NCBI GenBank assembly: GCA_030295235.1 | Contig: AP026164.1 | Location: forward strand, 558,001-622,000 | Length of the DNA: 64,000 nt | Source: Fistulifera solaris | Lineage: Eukaryota | Direction of reading: 5' to 3' | Shown: piece by piece, positions 36,238 through 48,826 of the stretch | Layout of the letters: each line of letters starts with the position of its first letter | How positions within the stretch are numbered: the stretch's first letter is position 1 | Program-made: the position numbers and the translations under genes | The notes under the pieces: model-generated | Seen by the model: the letters and a program-made list of their open reading frames with translations, nothing else | What the model was told of the DNA's origin: nothing | Database searches by the model: none

Positions 36238-36979
36238 ATGCCAAGTAGTTGTAGTGCAACTCAATTGCAATATCAAGTGCTGCTAGCGGCAGCTGCCCAA
36301 GATGGGGCGCTTGCGGAAGTCAAATTTCTAATCAACAATGAGAAAGTCGACATCAATGGAGGAGATGTTTTTGACGAGACTCCTTTGCATTGGGCCGTTT
36401 CCTCGCAGAATGAATCCGTCGTTCAATTCTTATTAGAAAACGGTGCCGACGTCAATCGGCCTCATCTCAAAACCCGAGAAACACCGCTGCACCGAGCTTG
36501 TTCCGCCGGAAGTTTAGAAGCAGTCCGTCTGCTCTTTCAATTTGGCGCCGATGGTGTATGGCTAGACAAACAACGACGATCACCCTTACAATCTGCTATT
36601 CAAAAACGCCAATGGCACATAGCTCAATACTTTATTGAGGATCAACCACAACTATTATCTTCTTGTCCGGAATTGTGCCTGCGGATCACTCAATTTGGTC
36701 AAATATCGTTGCTGAAACAATTTTTGAAAAAGGAATCTGCTGATACGTTGGCTTTTTTGTTGGGCAATCCGACATCAGGCGATAGAGCTAGTTACGGTAT
36801 TTTTGCGCAGCAACGCTTCGTTAGTACACAGAGACCACCGAATAGGGGAAACCGCTTTGACTATGGCTTGTAAACAGCGTTTTCCAGATGCGCTACATGC
36901 CATGCTCCGATCTCGCCCAGACGTTTGGCCGGATGTCGCTAATTTGTTATCGGGCAATGGAGCCACAGAAGTCAATTAG
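36238..36979 (+). CDS. Ankyrin-repeat protein
   Basis: ETPLHWAV..GADVN, ETPLHRAC, RSPLQSA; after an indel the frame continues GETALTMAC to a stop at 36979. Confidence 0.85.
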
Positions 36980-37019
36980 ACTTTAAATTTTACGCTAAAA
37001 TATTGGTCTTTTTTGAACG

Positions 37020-38695
37020 TCAAACACAGAATTTAGCAACTGTATCTACGGCAAACCTCGTAAAAAAAGTCTGCACGGGTCCAGTTCTCCCAGCATTCTC
37101 TTCCAAAGACTGTTTCCAGTTCGTCACAATGTCGTCATCGTCATCGTGGTCACGCTGACGCATAAGCTCCAAGTCCATAGCATTCATTACATCTTTCATT
37201 GTTATTGTTTCCTCGTTACCCTCGTCATCGTATTCTTCTTCATCATCTGCTAGCTCATAGTCTTCGACCGAGAAATACGGATCAGGTGTATTGTCCAAGA
37301 ACTCGAGATCTTCAGGAACAGTTGCCTTAAGTGTGGCTTGTAAGATGTTGAGAAACATAACTGGATTGACACTAGGACTGTCGACTACTGGAATCCCATC
37401 AAACTCGCTCGAGGTTCGTAGAAAGGACTCGACTTGATGCTCTAGAATATGTTCGTCCAAATTGAAGTTTTGGTCGTCGGAAATCACCATCCAAGATTCA
37501 TCCTCGTCAACGTTCGATCGCCTTGGTAGGCCATCCCAACCAGGATGATCGACTCCTTTTTCAAGGTTGAACGTATCGCTGCTGATCCGTACTGGATAAT
37601 TGTACACTGCTCGTCAAGCTTCAAAAAAGAGTCAAGGTTGAAGGCCGCGCGATTTGGTCCAGCTTGAAAGGCTTCTAGAAACCATGATACATCACTTCCC
37701 GTCCTTGCCAGTAGAGCAGGCCATCGCTGTAAGGGAGCTAATTCCTTTGGAAAAAAAGACGAAGAAGTTTCGGAAATCAAATGTTGCAAACCAGCCACTA
37801 TACGAACCCCCAGAGCGACACCGTTTTGCAAATGCGGTGTTGCATCATTCGCCGCTTGTCGCATCAGGCGATTCAATTCGGGAGTTCGGAAAGGAACTTG
37901 TTCCGATTCGGGCCAAGTTCGACTCACCGCAGTTCGTAGTGCTGCGTATTGGGTTCGCCCTAATGAACACGTCGTCCATACCCAATCCACTTGGTCCGCC
38001 GACAGTTGAGGATTACGCGACAAAGATTGTTCGATGAACGAAGCCGCTGCTTCGTTTCCCACTTGAGGAAGCGTTTGCAGTAAGTATGCGATTCGCCTGG
38101 GGACAGCAATAGCTGTGCGTTGAAACATAGGAGCAGACGACGCCACTCTCGACTGGATTGCTTGTTGAAAAGCATCCGAAGCAACATCGAATCGATTCTC
38201 ATTTATTGCTGACAGAGCTTGGCCAACGGTAAAGCAATCGTTCGGAGGAGGTAACAGAATAATCTGCCCATTTTGTATCCAGCATCGATTACGACAATAC
38301 TCCATTTCATCGTCCGATTGTGTGTGGACCCAGTCGGGCAAATGATAGGCAGCTTCTGTCAATAGTAAATCACCATCGTCCCAAAATTTCACCACAATGT
38401 TGTCGTCCCCTGCATTCAAAAATAGCCCCACAAGATACCAGCAGTCTCGAACATCACAATAAATTAGCTTGGCTCGCAAGTAAGGTATCCTATCCTCGCT
38501 GACGTGTACATCAAAGCAAGGACGATGCCACCATGGATAGGCGTCGAGTTTCGCATTCCAGTCAACAGCCAACTGTGTCAAGGCAACAAAGTCGTAGGGA
38601 TTCCGGTAATCCTTGCGATGACAATAGACTTCAACGAGAAGTTCACTCTGGGTTGATGTCTGTGTTGCTAAGGCCTCTTCTAGCAAGGTTGCCAT
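37020..38695 (-). CDS. ECD: Ecdysoneless/SGT1-family protein
   Basis: DGDLLLTEAAYHLPDW, NRCWIQNGQIILLP, DEDESWM, acidic region, MNAMDLEL and C-terminal GP; two ORFs joined near 37600. Confidence 0.8.
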
Positions 38696-39321
38696 GGTTC
38701 CGTGTTCGACAAGATAACAACGACAATACGACAAACAAAGAGTTCGCGACGACGACGTAATAAACATCTCATTTTTTACCCCTTATACACTATAGCCCGA
38801 AGTGTCGTCGAATAATCTCACGACTGGGATTCTGTCACGAAGCAACCTTTCCTAGCTAATTAGCGACCTCACCTTCATTCGTTCGGCAAGCGTGCTAGCC
38901 TACATTGAAATACATTACGATCCAATCATAAGGTAACATTTGCAAAACCCCTTATCGACCAGTAACGTTTTTTTAAACTTGTCAAACGTTGTCTTCCGTT
39001 TTTAATATTTCCTGAATGTTGTTCCTATTTCGATGAGACAGCAATTGAGTCATGAATCAATATAAATTCGACGCAGATTGCTACCTAGCCTTTACTCCTT
39101 CTCCCTTGGCTTTCACCGAGACACAATTACCATCAACATCATTTATTTTACACGCTTCAATTCTAACGGTCGAATTCCTTGCGGAGGATTGTTGTCTTCC
39201 GTCGTTCTACAATAGCGTAATGGAACTTTTGAATGTAATTGACTGGCTACTGGTAGTCTATCAGCGCAAGAGGCTCAGAATATACGTGGACGTAGCGCGT
39301 TCATAGAGTATAACGAGAAAT

Positions 39322-39654
39322 TTAGGCAATGTCTATTGCGGAGTTTTTATAGGTTACGAATGCTAACACAATTCCCCCCTTAGCATGCACCAGTCGTTTT
39401 TGAGGAAAGAAATTGTCGAAGGGGCGAAATTCATTTCCAACGAAGTCATGACGGCAAGATTTTTGCATTAATTGCCTATCTTCGTTGCTTAATTGGGCTT
39501 CGGACCTGCTGCAACCTCGTCCAGTTGCTGTTTCATTTCGACCTTTATTTACATTTAAAGACGCTGCAATCGCAGCCAGCAGTTGGGCTTCTTCCTCTTC
39601 GCGAGTACGAGGAGATAAATGAAATAGACCTTTACTTGCCAATTGAGAACTCAT
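39322..39654 (-). CDS. Small hypothetical protein or gene remnant with a UIM-like motif
   Basis: EEEEAQLLAAIAASL fits the ubiquitin-interacting motif consensus; remainder unrecognised. Confidence 0.3.
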   Translation of the reverse strand: MSSQLASKGLFHLSPRTREEEEAQLLAAIAASLNVNKGRNETATGRGCSRSEAQLSNEDRQLMQKSCRHDFVGNEFRPFDNFFPQKRLVHAKGGIVLAFVTYKNSAIDIA

Positions 39655-41632
39655 TGGTGTTTGTTTTAAAAGAAAAGAAGGGATGTCTTTTTCGTTGTCA
39701 CAATTTTGTGTGGCAAGAAAGATAATGAACGACACTTCGAAGCACGATTCTATGGTACACAAAAGCCGTAGAACCATGTCAAGCTCGTGACTGCTATTCA
39801 TTCACGAAAAATGAGCCCTATTTTGAACGAAAATTTTGCAACATTCACCAAAAAATCACGATGATAACTGTTCTGCACTGACAATACGTCTACTAAATCC
39901 CTTCTAACTTCATCATTTTAGCTTGTCTCTCAATTTCCTTTCACATCCACATAGCTATTCATGCAAGAAAGCAATTTCCGTTGTGGAAATTGAGACTTGT
40001 GCTGTCTGCGTCTTGCAAATGACGAAAAAAGACGCACGCGAGGTGTTGGAAAAAGTGGCTGCCGACCCCCGCTTTCATGGCAGGTGGATGCCTCCTGAGG
40101 CTTGGCTGTCTCTTACTTCATTATATTCCACTAAGCCACATGACCAGAAGTTAATTGCAGCGGTTTTACGAGGACGAGGTACTGAAAGAAAACGCAAGAA
40201 CAATAGCAAAAGGAGTCGATTTGCCAAGTAGAGCCGTGGGCCGAATACCGTTCGGCGACTTAAAGAAAGACGCGCACAGCGAGGCTCTCTTGCAAGAACT
40301 TCGAGCACGGAAGGTAATCTCTGATACTGACAAAATGCTTAAAGCCGGTAAGAAAAAGAAAGACGGCGATCGAAATTGGACCGACTATCTCAACCTTTGG
40401 AAGGCGGACGAGAAACAATTGTGGCATCTTGAGAACACGGATGCCGATCCGAACAAATTCGATCCGAAGAGTTTTGTCAGTCGTGGGGATGGAGTGGTCC
40501 AATTATTTCCTTGTGACATTGTTAATGAAATTCTTTTTGTCGATTTGTAATTGTCTGGAGAAGGCACGTCGCCGAGCGCGAAGAACAGTGTCACGATTAC
40601 CATTCCTCTATTAAGCATGCCATGACGATTAAGATGTGCGCAACGTGCCGCGTTTTCGGAATCAAATCTTGTTTCGTCTGTGTCATGATCTTTGAATGAT
40701 GGCACATGCAACAATTGAAGCGTTGAATGCAGTCACTTTGCAGTTGAGTGAGATAATATCTAATAAAATTGTAAGAAAATTAGACAACATTAGTGGATCA
40801 AGAAGCTGCCTTAAAAGTTAGATATCAATTTAACCACGCAACCATGCGTTGAGTGGTGTTTAGTTGTAAATAATGATCGGTCCCATCGCGGCAAAGCGGA
40901 GAGAAAAGTGAAGAAAAATACCGAGAACCATTTTGCCTCATTTGATCGTCGAACCATGCTTACTCGCCATCTCTCTTTTTCATCCGCAGCCAGCACCAAC
41001 GAGCTTTCCGACTCTTTGGATTGTTTTAGCAACGAGCTGCGAGAGGGCGAAGAAATTCATCTTGACCTGAGTCACTTTCCCTTCGCTTCTGCCGAATGCA
41101 TTAGCCTTCTTTTTGGGTTCTTTGCCAAGCATCACAGCGCCATCGTCTCAGTTCACGCACCCTTCGATTTGCTGTCAATCTTGTTCCCCAAACTATCAGA
41201 TTTTCGTAGTTTCAACTCAGTGTCAACAAAGATTGAAGCCACCTACCGAAAATCAATCCTCTTGGACCACGCTGTGGCCGAAGACTGCGACGAGAGCGAA
41301 ACAGATTCGGATCTCTCGTTTCAGTACGCAAGTCAGCTGCCTTAAAAAGCGCATAGGAAAATGGACGACTAGAGCGTCACCGCAAAGGTTTTAATGATTA
41401 GCATCAGGACGACGAACACAACGACGACAACAAAAACAATAGCAAGCAAACGCGACGACGATGATCACTGATGTTTTTTTGCATCTTTCTACGCGATGTC
41501 CGATAGTACACCTATTTATATAGAATAAAGGACTATCGATTTTATTGTATTCGACATGGTTTCGTAGGACTTGTGTCCCATAGATTCATTCGCGAATTCG
41601 CGTATGGAGTTCGCAAAATGACAGGTTCTGCG

Positions 41633-41828
41633 TGACTTGACTCACAAGGAATGTATTTGATGATAAAGATATATTATAAGCATGTTAACAGCTAAAGTAA
41701 AGATGAGCAGGACGCAGTTCTCAATAGATGAGAACCAAGCGTAAATGGAATCGATAATAGATTGCCATGATCCATAATCTTCTAAGAACAGAACGTAAAG
41801 AACAAGAGAGGACATGTAGTGTACTGCA
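41633..41828 (-). repeat. 3' LTR
   Basis: 196 bp; preceded on the minus strand by the polypurine tract GGGAGGCAGAA (41829-41839). Confidence 0.97.
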
Positions 41829-41874
41829 TTCTGCCTCCCAACATATCTTGAAAAGTAATGTTGCTTGAGATAGA

Positions 41875-44800
41875 TCAATGTAGATAAGGTTTGACTCGTC
41901 GGATATTGATATGTTCTTGAACGGTGTCGTTGAGTTGGATAGTTAAATTTCCGTTCTGAAATACTTCGACAACTTTATAGGGTCCAATTGCTCGATCTTG
42001 TAGTTTTGATGGTTGGTAGACTAGTTTGAGGACTTCCATTCCTGGTCTGTAGTTGAAAGGGAATCGTTTTTGGTTTGCTAAGACTGTTCGTTCGTCGATG
42101 AGTTGTTGTCTATTCTGTTGAATGGTGATCCAATCAGCAACAACTGGTATATCAAGTATCATGTCCGACCAAAAACTAGGGCTCCCGGTGTGGCTTTGAG
42201 TCCTCCATGACACGACGCTCTAAGTGCAAAGACGGTATTTGCTAGGGCGGTGTCAACCATGAGTTTTCCTGTTTCCAAGGCTGTTGGTGGATTCAAAGAG
42301 GACATCGTTCGTAGAATATTACCAACTGATTGATGCATACGTTCGCAGATCGCGTTTGATGTTGGCGTCTTCTTGTTTGAAGGTGATTTGTGGATTCCAT
42401 ATTTTTGTAGAGTGATTTGAAATCCATAGCCAATAAATTCACCACCTTGATTGAATGTGCAGAATAATGGTCGTGGATATTTTGATAGCCAAGCGTTGTG
42501 AAGTTGCAAGGCGACATAATCGCACGCTTGTTGTCTAGTCGTATGAGTTCTGCAAGGTTGGTTACCGGATCGATGATTGAAAGGGCGATGAAACTGTGCT
42601 CGTGACCGGCTATTTGAAGAGTCCATGGTCCTATGAGATCAACACAAATGTCTCTCCATGGATGAATATTTGCTTCGTGGCGGTAGTTCTCCGTATCCGC
42701 GTTGAAGTTGCTTCTTTCATTGGCATTCGTCGCACCTTGATACGTAGTCATCGATTTTATTTCGTAATTGGGAGTTGTAAAGATGTGTGGAGATGGTGTC
42801 GAATAGTCGACTTCTTCCTAGATGACCGAGTACAAAGTGGTACCATGCCACTGTCTCATGTAATAGTTCATCTGGTAAATAGATCTTCCACGGTTCATTT
42901 GGTTTTGGAATGAAACATATAACATAAACATTGGGTGCGAGCATTTGTTCGCAAAATGATTGTGGATATTTTTGTCGTAGCGTTTGCAAACGGCGTCCCT
43001 CGTTTGTACCGCTCGAAGCCTCTTGTAATCTAAGACAAAGGGCGCCACTTCATTGAGTGGTAGATTGACAAAGCAACTCTTAAGGTCGTCATCGTCGATG
43101 GCCATTGAATAAAATGTTTGACTTCCCTCTTCGGTGGAGTCAACGTATTGTGGTTCGAACCTGTTAAGAATTTCTTCGTCAAATGGCAAGCGTGAGAGAG
43201 CGTCCTGCTAATGGATTATCTTCACCTTTGATATGGTGTAAGTATGTACCGTATTCATCAAGAAAAGTCTTCCATCGTAGTATTCTTTGTGATGTGTATT
43301 TTTCGAAGACATTGTTTCGATGGTCCGTATAGACATGAAGGTCTGGACATCCATAGAGCATGGTACCGAAACTCGTGTAGTATCTTGACAATAGATAAGA
43401 GTTCTTTTTCTCCTGTAGTGTAATTTCGTTGTGCAGCGTCGAAGTTTTTTGGTATAGTAGGCGACTGGCATTTTGTCTTGAAATATGGCCGCGCCCATTT
43501 GTTCATTGCTTGCGTCGGCATAAATATGGAACGGTTTGTTATGATTTGGGTACTGGAGAAAGGCATCTTGAGCCAGTAGTGCTTTAATTTGCTTGAATGC
43601 TTGTTCCATTTCGTTAGTCCAGTTAAGCTCTTTGCCTTTCGTTGCCGTTGCTTTTGATAATGGTGCAAGAATATGAGCTCGACGAGGGTACATATCGCGA
43701 TAAAAATTGATAGCTCCAAGGAAGCTTCGTAATTGATGAACGTCTTTTGGTTGCTTGAGCGCGAGGGATGGGAGTTATACGTTTTTTCCAAGGTTTTAGA
43801 CCATTCGGTGTTAACCAGTATCCTAGCCAATCCGTTTCTTGAACTCCCCATTCGCATTTTGAAGGATTGACAATGAAGTTATTGTCTTGCAATGTCATTA
43901 AGACTCGGTCAAGAAGTTTAAGATGAGCTTCCCACGAAGTCTGAAAAGCATCCGACATCGTCGATGTAGACTTCAACGTCTTCAAAGTTTCGAAATATCT
44001 TTTCCATCTTCTCTTGAGATATGTCGGGAGACTGTGATATTCCCATTGGTAATCTGTTATATCGGTAATTTCCAAATGGCTGCACAAATGACGCAAAGAT
44101 TCTTGCTTTCTTCGCCGAGTTCGAAAGTATAAAACTGCATTGAGATGTCGAGTTTCGTAAGATAGCGATATCCCTTCCGTCGTTTGAGAATGTCGGTAAT
44201 GATTGGAAGGTTGTAGACTTTTCGGCTTGATAACTTTATTCAATTGACGGAAGTCTGAGATCCATCGAACTCGACCATCTTTTTTTGGAATAATAAATGA
44301 AGGTGAAAGCCATTCGGATGGTCCAAATTTCGATAGGACTCCGATAGCTTCAAGATGTTCTAGCTCGCCTTTGAAGGTAGTTCGGTTGTATGGCGAGATT
44401 GGATAATATCGGCATGCGTGTGGTTTGCTTCCAGGTTGGATATCTATGTGGACTTTTTCCGGAAAGCATCCAAGTTTGCCTGAAAATAAACGCTTGTATT
44501 TTGATAGTAGACTTGCGAGTTGGTCCTTTTGCACATCGTTTAGATGATCTTGCTTTTGTGCGATTATATTTGGATTGGTTTCTTCATATTTCGCTGGTAG
44601 AATCTCTTTTGATTTGTATCCTGCCTCCTTGATTTGTTCTTCTGTAATGAAAGTTTCGAACGAATTAATTTTATCGTTTTCAAAGAGATCGGACATGGAG
44701 GTAAAGTGTGCAGAGAAGTAGTTCGGTATAAAATAGTCACTTGATCAAAATGGTATTTGGTTTTCGAACCATGATACTGTTTTCGTTGAATTGTGAATGT

Positions 44801-45119
44801 CGATTCCGAGTTTGGTCATTAAGTCATTTCCGATGATTACGTCATAGATCGTTTGAACGTTATTGAAAATGATACATGGAAGTGGACCTGGCACTCGTTG
44901 AGAGGCGGAAAACTCGGGTAACGAGATGTCTTGAAGTTCAACTTGATTGTTATGGGTTTCAACGCCATGAAGACCGACGATGCGTTTACCTTGAATGAGT
45001 TTTGGCGTCGCACCTTTTGGTAAAGCTCTTCGATTAAACATTGTATGATCTGATCCTGAATCAAACAATATTTTTAATGGATGCTTGTTTTCTTGGCCTT
45101 GAATATATTTAGCTGACAT
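41875..45119 (-). CDS. pol: Pol polyprotein (protease, RT, RNase H, integrase; multiple frameshifts)
   Basis: LFDSGS protease; PKKDGRVRWISDFRQLN and YIDD (RT); YADAS, YTDHRN (RNase H); HHCC, DLIGP, NAICERMH, GPY motif (integrase). Confidence 0.93.
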
Positions 45120-45299
45120 GATAGTTATAGGACGAGGGCGTGTCTTGCGATTGTTGTATCATGTAATTAGGTATTAATTTAATGTCTAAATCTCCAGAAT
45201 AATAAATATCGTCGCATAAAGATGTGAATGATATAGAAGAAGATACATTTGATTCACTCTGCGAAGACGATATTCTGGGATCAGACAATAAATTTTCAT

Positions 45300-46359
45300 C
45301 GGCGGTTGTTACGGCTTAACGATGACATACCATAAAACTGATTCGGATACAAGTCGTTGTCGCCATCATTCCGGCTGGTTTTGAAGGAGTTTCTTGTGCG
45401 ATTTTTGCATGATCTTGAGGTGCTGTCTTGCTGTTCTTGGTTTCATTGATCTTGCGGATTTTATTTGGATTGTAGTTATTTCCGTTTCGATTATACCAAC
45501 AGTAGTTCCAATCATGATGACTCACACCGTTTTTATCAAGGCATTAAGCGCTTTCGGCAGTCACCAACCGCTTTAAAAGTCTTGCGTTTGTTACTGCCTC
45601 CGTTGTTCTTGTTTCCTTGATTATTTCCTTGATTGATGTCGTTATTCTTGCCTTTCCATTTGTTGTTGGAACGATCGTTGTTTTGTTTCTTGCTTGAATT
45701 TTGTTGAGGATTTTTCTTAGCGATATTTTGTTGCTTGATGAAATATTCCAAAACTTCTCCCTTACTGATTCTGGCTAAATCAAAGGAGCTTTTATCAAAG
45801 GACTTTTGCCACCACTCGGGCATAGCACCATAAATCGCATGCTTGAGTGTCGATTCATCGAGTTTCATTGCATTTCCAGGGAGAAGACTTATCCAGTTGT
45901 TTGCTTCTTCCATCAAAATGTTAAATTGACTCCACGTCCATTGTGAAAGGAAGACGACTGTTTCGAATTTCTTCAATAAGACTGAAGCTGGTATTTGCTT
46001 TATAAAACTTGTTGATGAAGTTCTTGAGCTTCGACTTGAATGTTTTGCTTCCATTGTTTTCCGTCCATGCTGAAATAAAATTTGGAGAAAGCGTTCGCGG
46101 AAATAATTGCATGCACGTTTTTTTCAATCTTCTTCTCGGTTTTTTCTGATTCTTCTCCACCGATTGCTTGTTTGACATAATAAGGTAGTTGCGTGCAATG
46201 TCTCATGAACGGCGTGAATTCAATTTTCGTCAATCGCTTGATATGAATTTCATACTTCACTCCTTCGAGCTCCCATTTGAATTGGATCTCTTGAACATTT
46301 TCTTCATCCTTGTATCCGGGGTTGAAGTAAACATTACTGGTTGATTTCTTGGCTGCCAT
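45300..46359 (-). CDS. gag: Gag-like protein (frameshifted in this assembly)
   Basis: Follows the 5' LTR; AMPEWWQ capsid-like motif, Asn/Lys-rich linker, degenerate Zn-knuckle (...HDWNYC). End approximate. Confidence 0.75.
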
Positions 46360-46397
46360 GGTGTATTCGATATGAGCGTAGCGTCCTGTGATCACAA

Positions 46398-46593
46398 TGA
46401 CTTGACTCACAAGGAATGTATTTGATGATAAAGATATATTATAAGCATGTTAACAGCTAAAGTAAAGATGAGCAGGACGCAGTTCTCAATAGATGAGAAC
46501 CAAGCGTAAATGGAATCGATAATAGATTGCCATGATCCATAATCTTCTAAGAACAGAACGTAAAGAACAAGAGAGGACATGTAGTGTACTGCA
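46398..46593 (-). repeat. 5' LTR
   Basis: 196 bp, TG...CA, identical to 41633-41828. Confidence 0.97.
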
Positions 46594-46809
46594 CTGCGTT
46601 CCATGTCACGCTTCATCACGTTCCGCGAGATGCGAACGGAGAACCGATCGGTGTAAGCGTACGAAACAGACGAATGAAGAATGAACGAAAGGAACAGCGA
46701 TGGCCTCATCCTTTATCGAAAGGGGAATATACCTTGAGCCGATTTCCTAAAGCCTAACGAGGGTAGAAAAACTACAAGTGCGACCAGACAGACTAGTCTT
46801 CTATCGTCA

Positions 46810-48443
46810 TTACTCTTGCTTAGGACCAATCATGTCTTCGGCAACAACCCATTCGTCGAACTGTTCAGCCGTCAGAAATCCAAGCTCAATTGCGGTATCT
46901 TTGAGCGTTGCTCCTCTTCATGGGCTGTCATGGCTATTTTCGCGGCATTCTTGTATCCAATGTGAGGGTTCAATGCCGTAACTAGCATCAGACTTCCGTG
47001 CAAAAGTTCTTTGATGCGACCTTCGTTTGCTTCAATACCACTTATGCAGCGTACTGCAAAACTTTCCGACGCTTGTCCGAGCAAGGTAGCGGATTGCAGC
47101 AAGTTAGATATCATGACTGGCTTGTACACATTCAGCTCCAGCGCCGGACCTTGCGATCCAGCAAAAGTTATCGCTGCATGATTTCCAATGACTTGGGCAC
47201 AAACCATCGTGAGAGCTTCACATTGTGTCTGATTGTGTTGAATAGTGAGAAAATCAAAATGAGTTTCAGGTTGCATGATCTTTTCATGTAAAACAACTTA
47301 CAGGATTGACTTTTCCGGGCATAATGCTGGATCCTGGTTCGTTTGCTGGAAGAGAGAGTTCACCCAGCCCGCATCGAGGCCCTGATCCTAGCCATCGTAC
47401 ATCACAAGCAATCTTATGCAAGCTGGCAGCAACCGTATTGAGTGCAGCGGAGGCGTGAATCAAAGTATCGTGTGCCGCGAGAGCTTCAAATTTGTTGGGC
47501 GCCGTGACAAAGTCCATTTTCGTCTCTTCCGCGATCGCCTTGGCAATGGCAACATCATATCCCATGACCGTGTTCAAACCAGTACCGACAGCAGTTCCGC
47601 CGAGTGCCAAGCGGTACAACGCAGGGATTGACGCCTCAATGCGCTCGATACCGTATTCAACTTGCTGCAGATAGCCGCTGAATTCTTGTCCTAACGTTAA
47701 TGGTGTCGCGTCTTGACTGTGAGTCCTTCCAATCTTGATAATGTTCTCAAATTTCTTCACTTTTTCTGCAAGAGCGTCGCGGAGAACTTTCAAGCCCGGG
47801 ATAGTAACAGTAGTCAAACATCGAACGGCTGCAATGTGCATAGCGGTGGGAAAGGAGTCGTTGGAGGATTGTCCCATGTTCACATCGTCGTTCGGGCTCA
47901 CGTAAGCCTTCTTTTCTTCTTCCGTCAATCCCGTCTTGTCAAACGGCAAACCGAGAATCTGATTTGCTCGATTAGCGATCACCTCATTGACGTTCATGTT
48001 GGTCTGCGTACCCGATCCTGTCTGGTAGACGACCAGAGGAAATTGTTTATCATGTTGACCGGAAATGATTTCTTCCGCGGCTTGCTGCATTGCAGTCGCT
48101 TTCTTCTCGGAGAGCTTTCCAATTTGAGCGTGATATTTCGCGCAGCATTTCTTAATCAAAGCTTGTGCGTAAATCACATCGAGCGGCATCTGACAATTGG
48201 AAAACGGAAAGTTCTCGATGCTTCTCTGCGTTTGAGCCCCCAAAGATTTCCTGCCTCTACTTTCAGTTCTCCAAGAGTATCGCTTTCAATACGAGCTGGA
48301 ATATCTTCTACGACAGTCATCTTCAGCTGTTTGGATGAAAAGAAGGAGGAAGAGAGGCGTACAGTCTTGGAATAGGAATTAATAGCTCGAAAGCAATGAA
48401 TGATAAACGATTGGTTGCATTTGCTCAAAATTCGTCCTCTCAT
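46810..48443 (-). CDS. fumC: Class II fumarate hydratase, mitochondrial
   Basis: [50 protein letters not shown] signature; intron 47229-47301; indels ~48240 and ~46915; presequence-like N-terminus. Confidence 0.96.
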
Positions 48444-48826
48444 CGTCGTGCCACGTGAAAAATGTCGCAAGTCGCAACTGCAAACAGCAAATGCGTTGTG
48501 CATTCTATAACATCAAAGCCAGTCACAAATGGAAAGATCGGTCACGAATAGAGAAAGACGAGGAAATCATCATGCGATCATGCGGATGAAACTGCAGAGA
48601 CTTTCCGGTACTCGCAGCCAATCATTTTGCATCTTGAAAACCGCAAACGACTGATGTCATTCCTTTGGAATTCCAGCGGAGTGCGGCGCCGTTTTCCGTC
48701 GCCACATTTCCGAACGCCAAACGAAAAAACTTATGTCCGCACAATTAAGTCAAACACGAAGCTTCTCTTTCTTCTTTCACCCACCCACCACAAACCTTTC
48801 CCATTGAAACAAATCATCAAACCATC

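Larger units (their letters stand above)
41633..46593 (-). mobile_element. Full-length Ty3/Gypsy LTR retrotransposon (4961 bp)
   Basis: Identical 196-bp TG...CA LTRs, 5-bp TSD CTGCG (41628-41632 and 46594-46598), PPT, and gag-PR-RT-RH-INT order. Confidence 0.97.

Noticed and set aside
41470..46780. Older solo LTR hosting the Gypsy insertion
   Set aside because: A TATA-like ctatataaatagg is present in the flank, but no matching TG...CA boundaries with a TSD were found.
47713..48375. 220-aa plus-strand ORF
   Set aside because: Antisense shadow of fumarase.
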